A DNA stretch of 64,000 nt from Microgenomates group bacterium GW2011_GWC1_46_15. GTDB lineage: Bacteria > Patescibacteriota > Microgenomatia > UBA1400 > UBA12028. The stretch is from NCBI GenBank assembly GCA_001002285.1, contig LCLX01000001.1:192302-256301 (forward strand), given 5' to 3'. A model generated the notes under the pieces. It made no database searches. It was not told the origin of the DNA and saw only the letters and a list, made by a program, of their open reading frames with translations. The translations under genes and the position numbers were made by a program. Each line of letters begins with the position of its first letter. Position 1 is the first letter of the stretch. This document shows positions 56,477 through 64,000 of this stretch, in pieces.

Positions 56477-58351
56477 GTGGGCATCATGGCTTCCCAAATT
56501 GAAGAGATAAAATCGGCGGTTGACATTGTGCAGGTGATTGGCGAGCGCGTGAATCTCACGAAGGCGGGAAAAAACTTTAAAGGCCTGTGTCCGTTTCATT
56601 CAGAGAAAACGCCATCGTTTTTTGCAACGCTAGAAATTCAACGGTATAAATGTTTTGGATGTGGCAAATCGGGTGATGTGTTAACGTTTGTGCAGGAGTA
56701 TGACTCGCTCACGTTTGTTGAAGCGTTGGAGATGTTGGCAAAACGCGCCGGCATTATGTTAGAAAGGCAGGCGTTTAGTCCCGAAGATGCCCACCGCAAA
56801 CGGTTGTATGAAGTTCTCCACCTCGCGCGTGAGTACTTTCATTATGTTTTAACGGAACACAAACTGGGTGAACCCGCCCGTAAGTACTTGAAAACCCGCG
56901 GTATTACGAGTGAAACGATTAAAACATTTGGACTTGGATACGCGCCGAACTCATGGGATGGGTTGTACAACTATTTAGTAAAGAAAAAAAAGTATGATGT
57001 GCGTGAGCTTGAAGATGTTGGATTGGTGATCCGCAAAACAGGCACGCGAGGCACAAGTAGTGGTATCGGTGCGGGTGATGTGTATGATCGTTTCCGTGGC
57101 CGTATCATGTTTCCATTGACCGATGCTCAAGGAAAAGTGGTTGGTTTTTCCGGCCGTGTGCTTGATCCGGAAATTAAAGAGGCGAAGTACATCAACTCGC
57201 CGGAAACGCAGTTGTATCACAAAAGCGAGTTATTGTTTGGCTACTCGGTACTCAAAAACTTTATCCGCAAAGAAGAGGAAGTGCTGGTTGTTGAAGGAGA
57301 ACTGGACGCGTTGTCCTCGTACCAGGCCGGTGCGCAGAACGTTGTGGCGATTAAAGGCTCTGCGCTCACCGAAAAACAGGTGCGGTTGTTGTCGCGTTCG
57401 GTGAAACGCGTGATTTTGGCGCTGGATGCAGACTCAGCTGGTGTTGAAGCAACCAAGCGCGCGATTGAAACTGCCCGCCCGTTTGAGTTAAGCCTACGCG
57501 TGCTTCCTCTCGTTGGCGGCAAGGATCCCGACGTGATCGCGCGCGAACAACCAAAAATCTGGCGCGACATGGTCAAAAAAACCGCCTCGGTATATGCATT
57601 TCTCATTGACTCTTCGTTTACCGCGCATGGTGATGAAGGTAAAACTGGTGAAGGCAAACGGCTTATTACTAACGAAGTCATTCCCGTGCTTGCTTCGATT
57701 CAAAACTCGGTGGAACAGGCGCATTTTCTTGAGTACGCGGCCGAACATTTAGACGTCAAACAAGAGGCATTGGAAAAAGAGTTGGAAAAGTATTTGCAGA
57801 AGCGCAAATTCTCCCCCGGTTTTACGCCTCGGAATACACCACCGCAGGAAAACCAAGACATACGAAAAAACCCAACGGTATTGTTCACCAGCCGCACGTC
57901 TCTAGAGCGGTATTTGTGCTCTTTACTCCTGCGTTTGGAGCCGGCCGACGTGCAAAAATATGTGGTACAACTCCTTGATATTGGTGTGCAGGAGCCCGTG
58001 ATCGCCAAACTCATCAAACACCTCGCGCGGTTTATAGAAACACAGCCACTCGACCTCACCAAATTTGCCCAGTCTTTGCCAGAGGAACTCCGGCAGCCGT
58101 TATCCGACTTGTATCTCGAGTTTGAAGATGATGATAGCAATGTCATTAAGGAGTTTGAAAAGGCCCGCCGGCGCCACGCGGTTTTGGCGCTTAAGGAGCG
58201 GATGCAGGAAATCGCGCACACAATGGCGGAACTTGAACAAAAAACACTGCAAACCGCTGAAGAAGAACAGACATTCAAAAGCTTGCAGGATGAGTTGGTG
58301 CTCGTTGGCGAAAAAATCCAAGTTTTTGAGGGGGAAAACGGGCCATTATAA
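56477..58351 (+). CDS. dnaG: DNA primase
   Basis: CHC2 zinc finger KGLCPFHSEKTPSFFATL...YKCFGCGKSGD; Toprim VVEGELDALS; followed by rpoD. Confidence 0.85.
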   Translation: MGIMASQIEEIKSAVDIVQVIGERVNLTKAGKNFKGLCPFHSEKTPSFFATLEIQRYKCFGCGKSGDVLTFVQEYDSLTFVEALEMLAKRAGIMLERQAFSPEDAHRKRLYEVLHLAREYFHYVLTEHKLGEPARKYLKTRGITSETIKTFGLGYAPNSWDGLYNYLVKKKKYDVRELEDVGLVIRKTGTRGTSSGIGAGDVYDRFRGRIMFPLTDAQGKVVGFSGRVLDPEIKEAKYINSPETQLYHKSELLFGYSVLKNFIRKEEEVLVVEGELDALSSYQAGAQNVVAIKGSALTEKQVRLLSRSVKRVILALDADSAGVEATKRAIETARPFELSLRVLPLVGGKDPDVIAREQPKIWRDMVKKTASVYAFLIDSSFTAHGDEGKTGEGKRLITNEVIPVLASIQNSVEQAHFLEYAAEHLDVKQEALEKELEKYLQKRKFSPGFTPRNTPPQENQDIRKNPTVLFTSRTSLERYLCSLLLRLEPADVQKYVVQLLDIGVQEPVIAKLIKHLARFIETQPLDLTKFAQSLPEELRQPLSDLYLEFEDDDSNVIKEFEKARRRHAVLALKERMQEIAHTMAELEQKTLQTAEEEQTFKSLQDELVLVGEKIQVFEGENGPL

Positions 58352-58377
58352 ATGCCATTATAGGTGCCATTATAAAT
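58342..58377. repeat. three tandem 12-bp repeats GCCATTATA(AA/GG)T
   Basis: GCCATTATAAAT GCCATTATAGGT GCCATTATAAAT; the first copy encodes the dnaG C-terminus and stop; abuts the rpoD -35. Confidence 0.7.
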
Positions 58378-58380
58378 ATC

Positions 58381-58409
58381 TTGCGCATTTCCCCTTTCTC
58401 TGGTACACT
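58381..58409 (+). promoter_or_regulatory. rpoD promoter TTGCGC-N14-TGGTACACT (extended -10)
   Basis: Shares TCTGGTACACTG with the aspS promoter. Confidence 0.55.
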
Positions 58410-58453
58410 GCGCGCGGTATCATGAGGATACGTCGTTGTGTTTGGTCGTGCCT

Positions 58454-59803
58454 ATGCCCAAGAAATTACCCAAGAAAACTATGCCAAAAAAAACCGTTTC
58501 CCACAAAAAATCCGGGGTTCGAACGAAGTCCGGGTTTAAAAATACACCAAAAACTAAAAACATACAATATAGTGTCTCTAAACACGCTGCTTTTAAACAC
58601 GGTGCGTCGAAGCAGGGTGTTTCCAAGCAAAATACTCCTAAGCAAGGTGCGTTTAAACAGTCAACCTCTCCGCGGCCAGCTCCAGTAACACTCTCTGCCC
58701 GCAAAGAAGCCCAAGCGAGTGCGCTCAAACAACGCATCGCCGATCTTCTCAAACGCGCGAAAAACCAAGGATTTATCACACAGGAAGAAATTCTCGGTGT
58801 ATTTGCATATCCCGAAGATCACCTCAAGGAGTTGGATGGGTTATACGGCACCATGTTTACCGCGGGTGTAGACGTGTTCGAGACCGTTGAAGAAGAGCAG
58901 ATGAAGGAAGATTCTGGCGTCATTTCTGACCTGGAGAAAGAACTCGAAGTATTGTCTACACTTGATGACCATTCCGTTGCCGACCCCGTCCGCATGTACT
59001 TGAAAGAAATCGGCCGCATTCCCCTGTTGACGCGCGAAGAAGAAATTGACTTGGCGCAGAGAAATGACGGCGGCGATCCGGTTGCAAAACAGAAGCTCAT
59101 TAATGCAAACCTGCGTCTAGTGGTTTCAATCGCGAAAAAATACATTGGCCGTGGCATGACATTTTTGGACCTCATTCAAGAGGGTAACAAAGGATTAATC
59201 CGCGCGGTTGAAAAATATGACTGGACGAAAGGGTTTAAGTTTTCCACATACGCAACGTGGTGGATCCGCCAAGCCATTACCCGCGCGATTGCCGATCAGG
59301 CCCGCACCATCCGTATTCCCGTTCACATGGTTGAAACGATCAATAAGTTGATGCGCGTCTCCCGCAAGCTTATGCAGGACTTGGGCCGCGAGCCAACCGC
59401 CGAGGAAATCGCGGACGCGATGGAAGGCATTGACCCCGACCGCGTGCGCGAGATTTTAAAGATTTCACAAAAAACCACGTCGTTGGAAACACCGATTGGA
59501 GACGATGACGATTCCTATTTGGGTGACTTTATTGCCGATGATACGCAGACCTCGCCGTACGATGCCACGAGCAAGCGGTTGTTGAAAGAAAACATTGAAG
59601 AAGTATTGAGTGCGTTGACCGACCGTGAGGCCAAGGTCTTGAAAATGCGGTTTGGACTAAACGGCGCTCGCCCGATGACGTTGGAAGAAGTTGGTCAGAA
59701 GTTCGGCGTCACGCGCGAACGTATCCGGCAGATTGAGGCGAAGGCGCTGCGAAAGCTCAAGCACCCGAGCAAGCGGAAAATGCTCCAGGATTACTTGGAG
59801 TAG
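58454..59803 (+). CDS. rpoD: RNA polymerase sigma factor RpoD (sigma-70) with an unusual Lys-rich N-terminal extension
   Basis: Regions 1.2-2.4 ([27 protein letters not shown]; [18 protein letters not shown]...[17 protein letters not shown]) and region 4 ([15 protein letters not shown]). Start at the ATG of MPKKLPKK (the track starts at a TTG 18 nt upstream). Confidence 0.9.
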   Translation: MPKKLPKKTMPKKTVSHKKSGVRTKSGFKNTPKTKNIQYSVSKHAAFKHGASKQGVSKQNTPKQGAFKQSTSPRPAPVTLSARKEAQASALKQRIADLLKRAKNQGFITQEEILGVFAYPEDHLKELDGLYGTMFTAGVDVFETVEEEQMKEDSGVISDLEKELEVLSTLDDHSVADPVRMYLKEIGRIPLLTREEEIDLAQRNDGGDPVAKQKLINANLRLVVSIAKKYIGRGMTFLDLIQEGNKGLIRAVEKYDWTKGFKFSTYATWWIRQAITRAIADQARTIRIPVHMVETINKLMRVSRKLMQDLGREPTAEEIADAMEGIDPDRVREILKISQKTTSLETPIGDDDDSYLGDFIADDTQTSPYDATSKRLLKENIEEVLSALTDREAKVLKMRFGLNGARPMTLEEVGQKFGVTRERIRQIEAKALRKLKHPSKRKMLQDYLE

Positions 59804-59804
59804 A

Positions 59805-60092
59805 ATGACGATCCATAATAATGAGCGTACAAAACTTGCAAAACAATATCTCGCTCAATACTTTCCGAATATGGATAAAAACACCAGAAAAATTGTTGTC
59901 GAACTTGCTGTTCATCACTTTACTGGTAACTATTCACCAGTGAAAGTAGAACAAGATGATAGAGGAGCAATAGGGTCAGGAACAACATTCGAAGAATTTG
60001 TTATTTACTTGGGAGAACTTCGTGGAAACGAAGAACCCATGGGTGTTGATCATGCCTGGCTTGGATCTATTATTGCAAAAACAGGTATGTAA
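59805..60092 (+). CDS. hypothetical protein
   Basis: 96-aa ORF starting 1 nt after the rpoD stop (MTIHNNERTKLAKQYL...). Confidence 0.35.
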   Translation: MTIHNNERTKLAKQYLAQYFPNMDKNTRKIVVELAVHHFTGNYSPVKVEQDDRGAIGSGTTFEEFVIYLGELRGNEEPMGVDHAWLGSIIAKTGM

Positions 60093-60116
60093 GTTCTTTT
60101 CCCTGTGCTAAAATAC

Positions 60117-60899
60117 TCATATTCTCTTGCGTAGAATATAAAATATCGTTTTCCACCGTTTAAACGTTGTGTGTAGCGCAGATAGAAGTGTTGCATATGA
60201 CCGTGCCGAAGTATGAACAATGATTGAAGAATCAAAACCAATAGTCCCGAACTGAGAGAGTCTACTTGCAAGTTCAAAATCTTCAAGATTGATTCCGAGG
60301 AATAATGTATTGCGAAACCCTTCTGCCTTTTTTAATGCAGATGAACGTACCGCGCAATTAAATCCCTGAAGTGATGTAAATCCGAACATGTGATTCTTTA
60401 TTTTTTCCCAGAACTCAAAAAGATGCATATGATTCATCCAAAGAACGAGGGTTGGAGCGTCAAATAGAATAAGTCTTCCAGTTACGGCAATATCAGAGGA
60501 TGTTGAAAAATGTTCTGAAATTCGTTCGATCCAAGTTGATGTTGGTTGCGAATCAGCATCGGTCATAGCGATAATAGAAGATTGTGCACATGAACACCCT
60601 TTTTGTCTGGCAAGCCCGGTTCCAGAGTTCATTTCCTGAAGAATGTGAAATGAAACATTTCTTTCTTTAAATTTTTTCACATATGAACGAGCAACATCCA
60701 ATGATGAATCGGTAGATCCATTGTCAACAACGATCACTTCCGTGGGGAGTACTGTTTGCTGAAGGAGTGACTCAAGACAGTCTGGAAGCAGGGAAGCCTC
60801 ATTCTTCATGGGGATGACCACACTGATGGGTAAAATTTTCATCTGTAGAAAGTATACCAAGTATGCTACAGTACATCTTCTTTGTTGTAGTATGGGCAA
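60117..60899 (-). CDS. glycosyltransferase family 2
   Basis: ISVVIPMKNEASLLPDCLESLLQQT, VVDNGSTDSS, DADS - the classic GT2 (GT-A) N-terminal motifs. Confidence 0.7.
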   Translation of the reverse strand: MPILQQRRCTVAYLVYFLQMKILPISVVIPMKNEASLLPDCLESLLQQTVLPTEVIVVDNGSTDSSLDVARSYVKKFKERNVSFHILQEMNSGTGLARQKGCSCAQSSIIAMTDADSQPTSTWIERISEHFSTSSDIAVTGRLILFDAPTLVLWMNHMHLFEFWEKIKNHMFGFTSLQGFNCAVRSSALKKAEGFRNTLFLGINLEDFELASRLSQFGTIGFDSSIIVHTSARSYATLLSALHTTFKRWKTIFYILRKRI

Positions 60900-60935
60900 C
60901 TATGAGTTGATTGTTCCTATGTTCAGGACTATAAT

Positions 60936-61619
60936 TTGAACATGGGTTACTTTGGAAATTTGGAAAAGAAAATACAGGCGCAGCAATTAAGAAAAAAGGG
61001 CTTGTCCTACTCTGAAATCAAAAAACGCATTAATGTTCCTAAAAGCACTTTAAGTAATTGGTGTCGAGACATTGCACTTACCGAAGGACAAGCTCTTCGA
61101 CTTTTTAAGAATAAACTTACAGGTTCAGCTCGCGGACGAATAATAGGAGCAAAACGCCAACAGGCAAAAAGATTACGACAAATTTCCGATATGTTAACTG
61201 AGGGGAGGAAAGAAGTAGGGTCTTTGTCGACAAGAGACGTATTCATTGCGGGAATTTGTTTGTACTCTGCTGAGGGAACAAAAAGGGACAAGGCGTGTGG
61301 TTTTGCCAACAGCGATCCTTTGTTGATAAAATTTATGGCAAATTGGTTTAGAAAATTTTGTCATGTTTCGGAAGAAAAATTTAGGGGAGCAATTTGGATT
61401 CATTCGGGTTCTGATTATCGGAAGGCAACACACTATTGGTCTAAAGTTGCTGGTATACCAACATCACAATTTCTCAAACCATATATCGTAGCAAATAAAA
61501 CAGAGAGTCGAAAAATTCGGAAAAATATCCATCCATATGGAGTATTTTCCATCAGATTTTCTGATGCAAAAATTCATAGAAAAATAATGGGATGGATCTC
61601 TGGAATACTCGATTCCTAG
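60936..61619 (+). CDS. HTH-domain protein, possible free-standing LAGLIDADG-type homing endonuclease
   Basis: N-terminal HTH (LSYSEIKKRINVPKSTLSNWCRD). FIAGICLYSAEGTK resembles a LAGLIDADG motif followed by a beta-rich region; weak, by eye. Ends 34 nt before the intron-containing tRNA-Asn. Confidence 0.35.
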   Translation: MNMGYFGNLEKKIQAQQLRKKGLSYSEIKKRINVPKSTLSNWCRDIALTEGQALRLFKNKLTGSARGRIIGAKRQQAKRLRQISDMLTEGRKEVGSLSTRDVFIAGICLYSAEGTKRDKACGFANSDPLLIKFMANWFRKFCHVSEEKFRGAIWIHSGSDYRKATHYWSKVAGIPTSQFLKPYIVANKTESRKIRKNIHPYGVFSIRFSDAKIHRKIMGWISGILDS

Positions 61620-61652
61620 CTGATATAATACCCCTGTTCTTTTATAGATCGA

Positions 61653-61982
61653 TCCCCGGTAGCTCAGCCTGGTAGAGCGGGAAGCTGTAGCGTACTGCAG
61701 CCCTTTTTAGCGATGAAAAGGGAAACACAGGGTGAATTCAGGGAAGCCTTCGCTAGTGGTGAAAATCAATAGCATGGTAATCCTGAGCCAACTCCGATGA
61801 ATGGAATAAACGTAGTCGGAAGGGTGCAGAGACTAGGAGTGAGGATCCAACCAATACTCTCCAGAAGCGCCCTGCTCCAACATTATTTCGGTAGCGTTGG
61901 ATGAAGAGATAGTCCACACTTTATGGAAACATAAAGAGCATGTGTAACTTCAAGGTCCAAGGTTCAAATCCTTGCCGGGGAG
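61653..61982 (+). tRNA. tRNA-Asn: tRNA-Asn (anticodon GUU) interrupted by a group I intron
   Basis: Exon 1 61653-61688 (TCCCCGG acceptor, GCTC-AGCCTGGTA-GAGC D-arm, GGAAG, CUGU). Exon 2 61945-61982 (UAA, CTTCA, T-arm CAAGG-TTCAAAT-CCTTG, CCGGGGA, discriminator G). The spliced anticodon loop CUGUUAA equals the canonical tRNA-Asn loop. Confidence 0.75.
61689..61944 (+). ncRNA. group I self-splicing intron (~256 nt) in the tRNA-Asn anticodon loop
   Basis: P1: exon GCUGU pairs with the internal guide GCAGC (61697-61701), with U.G at the splice site. AAAGGGAAAC (P4-like). GGGUGCAGAGACUAGGAG (R element, P7 5' strand). GAAGAGAUAGUCCACAC (S element, P7 3' strand). The intron ends with G before exon 2. 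Closely resembles cyanobacterial tRNA-Leu intron core sequences. Confidence 0.75.
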
Positions 61983-62006
61983 CATAGTATAGTTAATATA
62001 ACCAAT

Positions 62007-62720
62007 ATGAAACCTTCTGAAAGAAAACAAAGATTGGTTGAAGAGTTAGCCGATCTTTATGAAAAATTAGATACCAATAAACTTTATGGTTTTCCGAACC
62101 AAAAAGATACACAACAATGGCTAGCAAACGTGGCATCTGTTCTAAAAAATTTAGATGAAAGCGATTATCAAGAGATTGTTAGATTAAGTAAAACTGTTGG
62201 CCTTTCTGAATCTCGTGAAGAAAGAAAAAAGGCAGCTAAGGAAATTAATCAGTTTTTAGGGCGCAAGGTTGCTGAGTATAAAAGATATGATTTTGGTTAT
62301 CTAGATAGAAAAGTTGAAGATTATCCTGAAGATATTACAAATTATGTCCACGACAAAGAATTAAGAGGTAGATGCCTAGATTTACTTCAAGCTAGTTCAA
62401 AATTCGATAGGGTTATCAATCAAGCAACGCAGGTACTGGAAGATCGAATCAGAACTAAATCTGGTTTGCAAGAGCATCTTGTTGGAGAAGCATTAGTCAA
62501 TAAGGTACTTAATCCAGATTTATCAAAAACAGTGATAAATATTTCTAGTGATGCTGATGAACACCAAGGATTCTGTAATATATGTCGTGGCATGATGGGA
62601 ACATTTAGAAATCCATCTCACCATCATTTAACAGACACAATTACAAGAGAAGAAGCATTCAAGGTTTGTGCCTTTGTGGATACGTTACTTTCTATTCTGG
62701 AGCGGGCTAAAAATGTATAA
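62007..62720 (+). CDS. Hypoth_Ymh (TIGR02391)-like C-terminal domain protein with HEPN-like Rx4H motif; putative abortive-infection/toxin component
   Basis: C-terminal QATQVLEDRIRTKSGL...GFCNICRGMMGTFRNPSHHH...EEAFKVCAFVDTLLSIL matches the TIGR02391 pattern (F..G..IRNP.AH) recalled from memory. Confidence 0.45.
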   Translation: MKPSERKQRLVEELADLYEKLDTNKLYGFPNQKDTQQWLANVASVLKNLDESDYQEIVRLSKTVGLSESREERKKAAKEINQFLGRKVAEYKRYDFGYLDRKVEDYPEDITNYVHDKELRGRCLDLLQASSKFDRVINQATQVLEDRIRTKSGLQEHLVGEALVNKVLNPDLSKTVINISSDADEHQGFCNICRGMMGTFRNPSHHHLTDTITREEAFKVCAFVDTLLSILERAKNV

Positions 62721-63315
62721 CGATAAATATATTGAAGACTTATTTAACAATATAAAAAATAGTATTGTTAATGACGTTGGATTGGCCATAAAGGCTTACT
62801 GTTCTGAGTATCACAACGGCAATATAACGTCTGGTTTCTTTGCTGTGCCTCGATTGTTACTACCTGAAATTGATGGCATGGGAGCATATATCACCGGAAA
62901 TGTTAATTCCACTGCTAGTAATATTGAAAGTTATCTCGAAAAAATTATGTCCAAAATCGATGATAAGTACTCCGTATATGCGAAGTTTATCTCAAAAATA
63001 TATAGGCATGGACTACTACATCAACATGAACCTAAAAATTGCAAATACCAGGGTAGGGATGCAGCGTGGAGTTTTGTGGTTAGTAATCCAAATAATCCTA
63101 TAGAGATTCAGCACAAGTATCATTTGGTAGAAAACCAAATTACTTTCGATAAATCCATACAGAACCCTCCTTTTGTTCTTCAAACAGACATGACACTCTT
63201 CTACAAAGATGTTGTTGATTCAATCGATAGAATGAAACAAGAATCTAAAACTACCTACAGGAAAACATTTGATAAAGCTAGGAATGAACAACTTAAAGTA
63301 CAAATATTAACATGA
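62713..63315 (+). CDS. hypothetical protein with Rx4H (HEPN-like) motif YRHGLLHQHEP, overlapping partner of 62007..62720
   Basis: Start at the ATG of MYNDKYIEDLF (8-nt overlap with the upstream stop); no other motif recognised. Confidence 0.4.
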   Translation: MYNDKYIEDLFNNIKNSIVNDVGLAIKAYCSEYHNGNITSGFFAVPRLLLPEIDGMGAYITGNVNSTASNIESYLEKIMSKIDDKYSVYAKFISKIYRHGLLHQHEPKNCKYQGRDAAWSFVVSNPNNPIEIQHKYHLVENQITFDKSIQNPPFVLQTDMTLFYKDVVDSIDRMKQESKTTYRKTFDKARNEQLKVQILT

Positions 63316-63505
63316 ATAAATTGTGTGTTTTACACCAAAACTTGAAGCATCTAATTCATTTCCTCCCTTAATTACTAAACAAACCTAAAATCCTCAAATA
63401 TATTGGACACTTAGGCTAAATTGGTGATTATATTAACATTACGATCTTCGAGCAAACGTATTTAGCCTTTCAAAACGAGCCATTTTTGAATGTTATAATG
63501 AGGTT

Positions 63506-64000
63506 ATGGAACTCCATCGATTTAGCCCAATACAAGACGAAGCGCAGATGATGAAAGCAATAAAACATATTCATTTTGCTTGCCACACGTTGTGTATGCA
63601 ATCAATGGGGAGATATTTACCAGTTGCTGGGAACGTGGGAGTCTTTTGTCATGATGATGACGAATATGCGTTCCTTACAAAACTCCGTGAAAAATTTACG
63701 GATTCGTCTAACAGTGTATACGGAAAATATTTTCGACTTCACAAACCTATCGTTATTCCAGCAAAGGGTGATATTCCAAAAACCACGTACAGTTATCTTT
63801 ATATTCGGAAACCTGACCCAAATAAAAACCAGGTGGGTGATATAGATTTCTACTTAGAGCCAGAAAAATATGCAGAATTAAAACAATCCTTACTTGAGGG
63901 TAAGATGATCACAGGCGCACGAGTGCTTCCCAATCGTCCCGACTTGGATTTGATTGAATTATATAGTCAAGACATCGACGCGTTCGGCTATATTGGTAAC
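63506..64000 (+). CDS. hypothetical protein, N-terminal 165 aa (runs off the right edge)
   Basis: ATG at 63506 with upstream GAGG and TATAAT (63495-63500); open frame to the window end (MELHRFSPIQDEAQMMKAIKHIHFACHTL...). Missing from the track because there is no stop in the window. Confidence 0.35.
   Translation, partial: MELHRFSPIQDEAQMMKAIKHIHFACHTLCMQSMGRYLPVAGNVGVFCHDDDEYAFLTKLREKFTDSSNSVYGKYFRLHKPIVIPAKGDIPKTTYSYLYIRKPDPNKNQVGDIDFYLEPEKYAELKQSLLEGKMITGARVLPNRPDLDLIELYSQDIDAFGYIGN

Noticed and set aside
1-64000. Diversity-generating retroelement or retron
   Set aside because: No reverse-transcriptase motif (YxDD) in any frame I examined and no near-identical template/variable repeat pair.

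Overview
This is a densely packed bacterial housekeeping and cell-envelope region with moderate GC (not computed). It uses the standard genetic code: two confident genes (the UbiA-family transferase at 16897 and the lactate/malate dehydrogenase at 34789) end in TGA. The small proteins, many GT-C/GT2/GT4 membrane glycosyltransferases and a FemAB gene would fit a small-genome lineage such as CPR/Patescibacteria, but that is inference only.

Supported genes include a UvrD-like helicase fused to a Cas4/RecB-like nuclease, pcrA, tpiA-pgk-gap, metG, aspS, gltX, dnaG-rpoD, secDF, recJ, cca, nth, rdgB, ldh/mdh, rmuC, rmlA-like, NUDIX, TatD, a DacA-like carboxypeptidase, an M23 peptidase, M29 aminopeptidase, DUF3048, and a glycosylation cluster (DPPR-synthase-like UbiA + MraY/WecA-like GT4 + GT-C + cellulose-synthase-like GT2).

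RNA and regulatory features: tRNA-Cys, tRNA-Glu, tRNA-Gln and a tRNA-Asn(GUU) interrupted by a ~256-nt group I intron; a T-box leader before aspS with a UGGC tRNA-acceptor-binding motif; overlapping face-to-face promoters there, with a terminator/antiterminator leader on the other strand; a recurrent extended -10 motif TGGTACAMT with apparently leaderless pgk and toxin-antitoxin transcripts; a six-copy 10-bp phased repeat array between a LexA-like wHTH gene and the helicase-nuclease; and a 15-bp motif shared by two promoter regions.

Accessory content: a HigB/HigA-like pair, an islet after tRNA-Glu with an ATP-cone/Mrr-like endonuclease, and next to the intron-containing tRNA-Asn a free-standing HTH/LAGLIDADG-like ORF followed by two overlapping genes each carrying an Rx4H (HEPN-like) motif. 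No CRISPR array, reverse transcriptase or rRNA was seen.

Coordinates for features I derived by hand (tRNAs, promoters, repeats) may be off by 1-2 nt.
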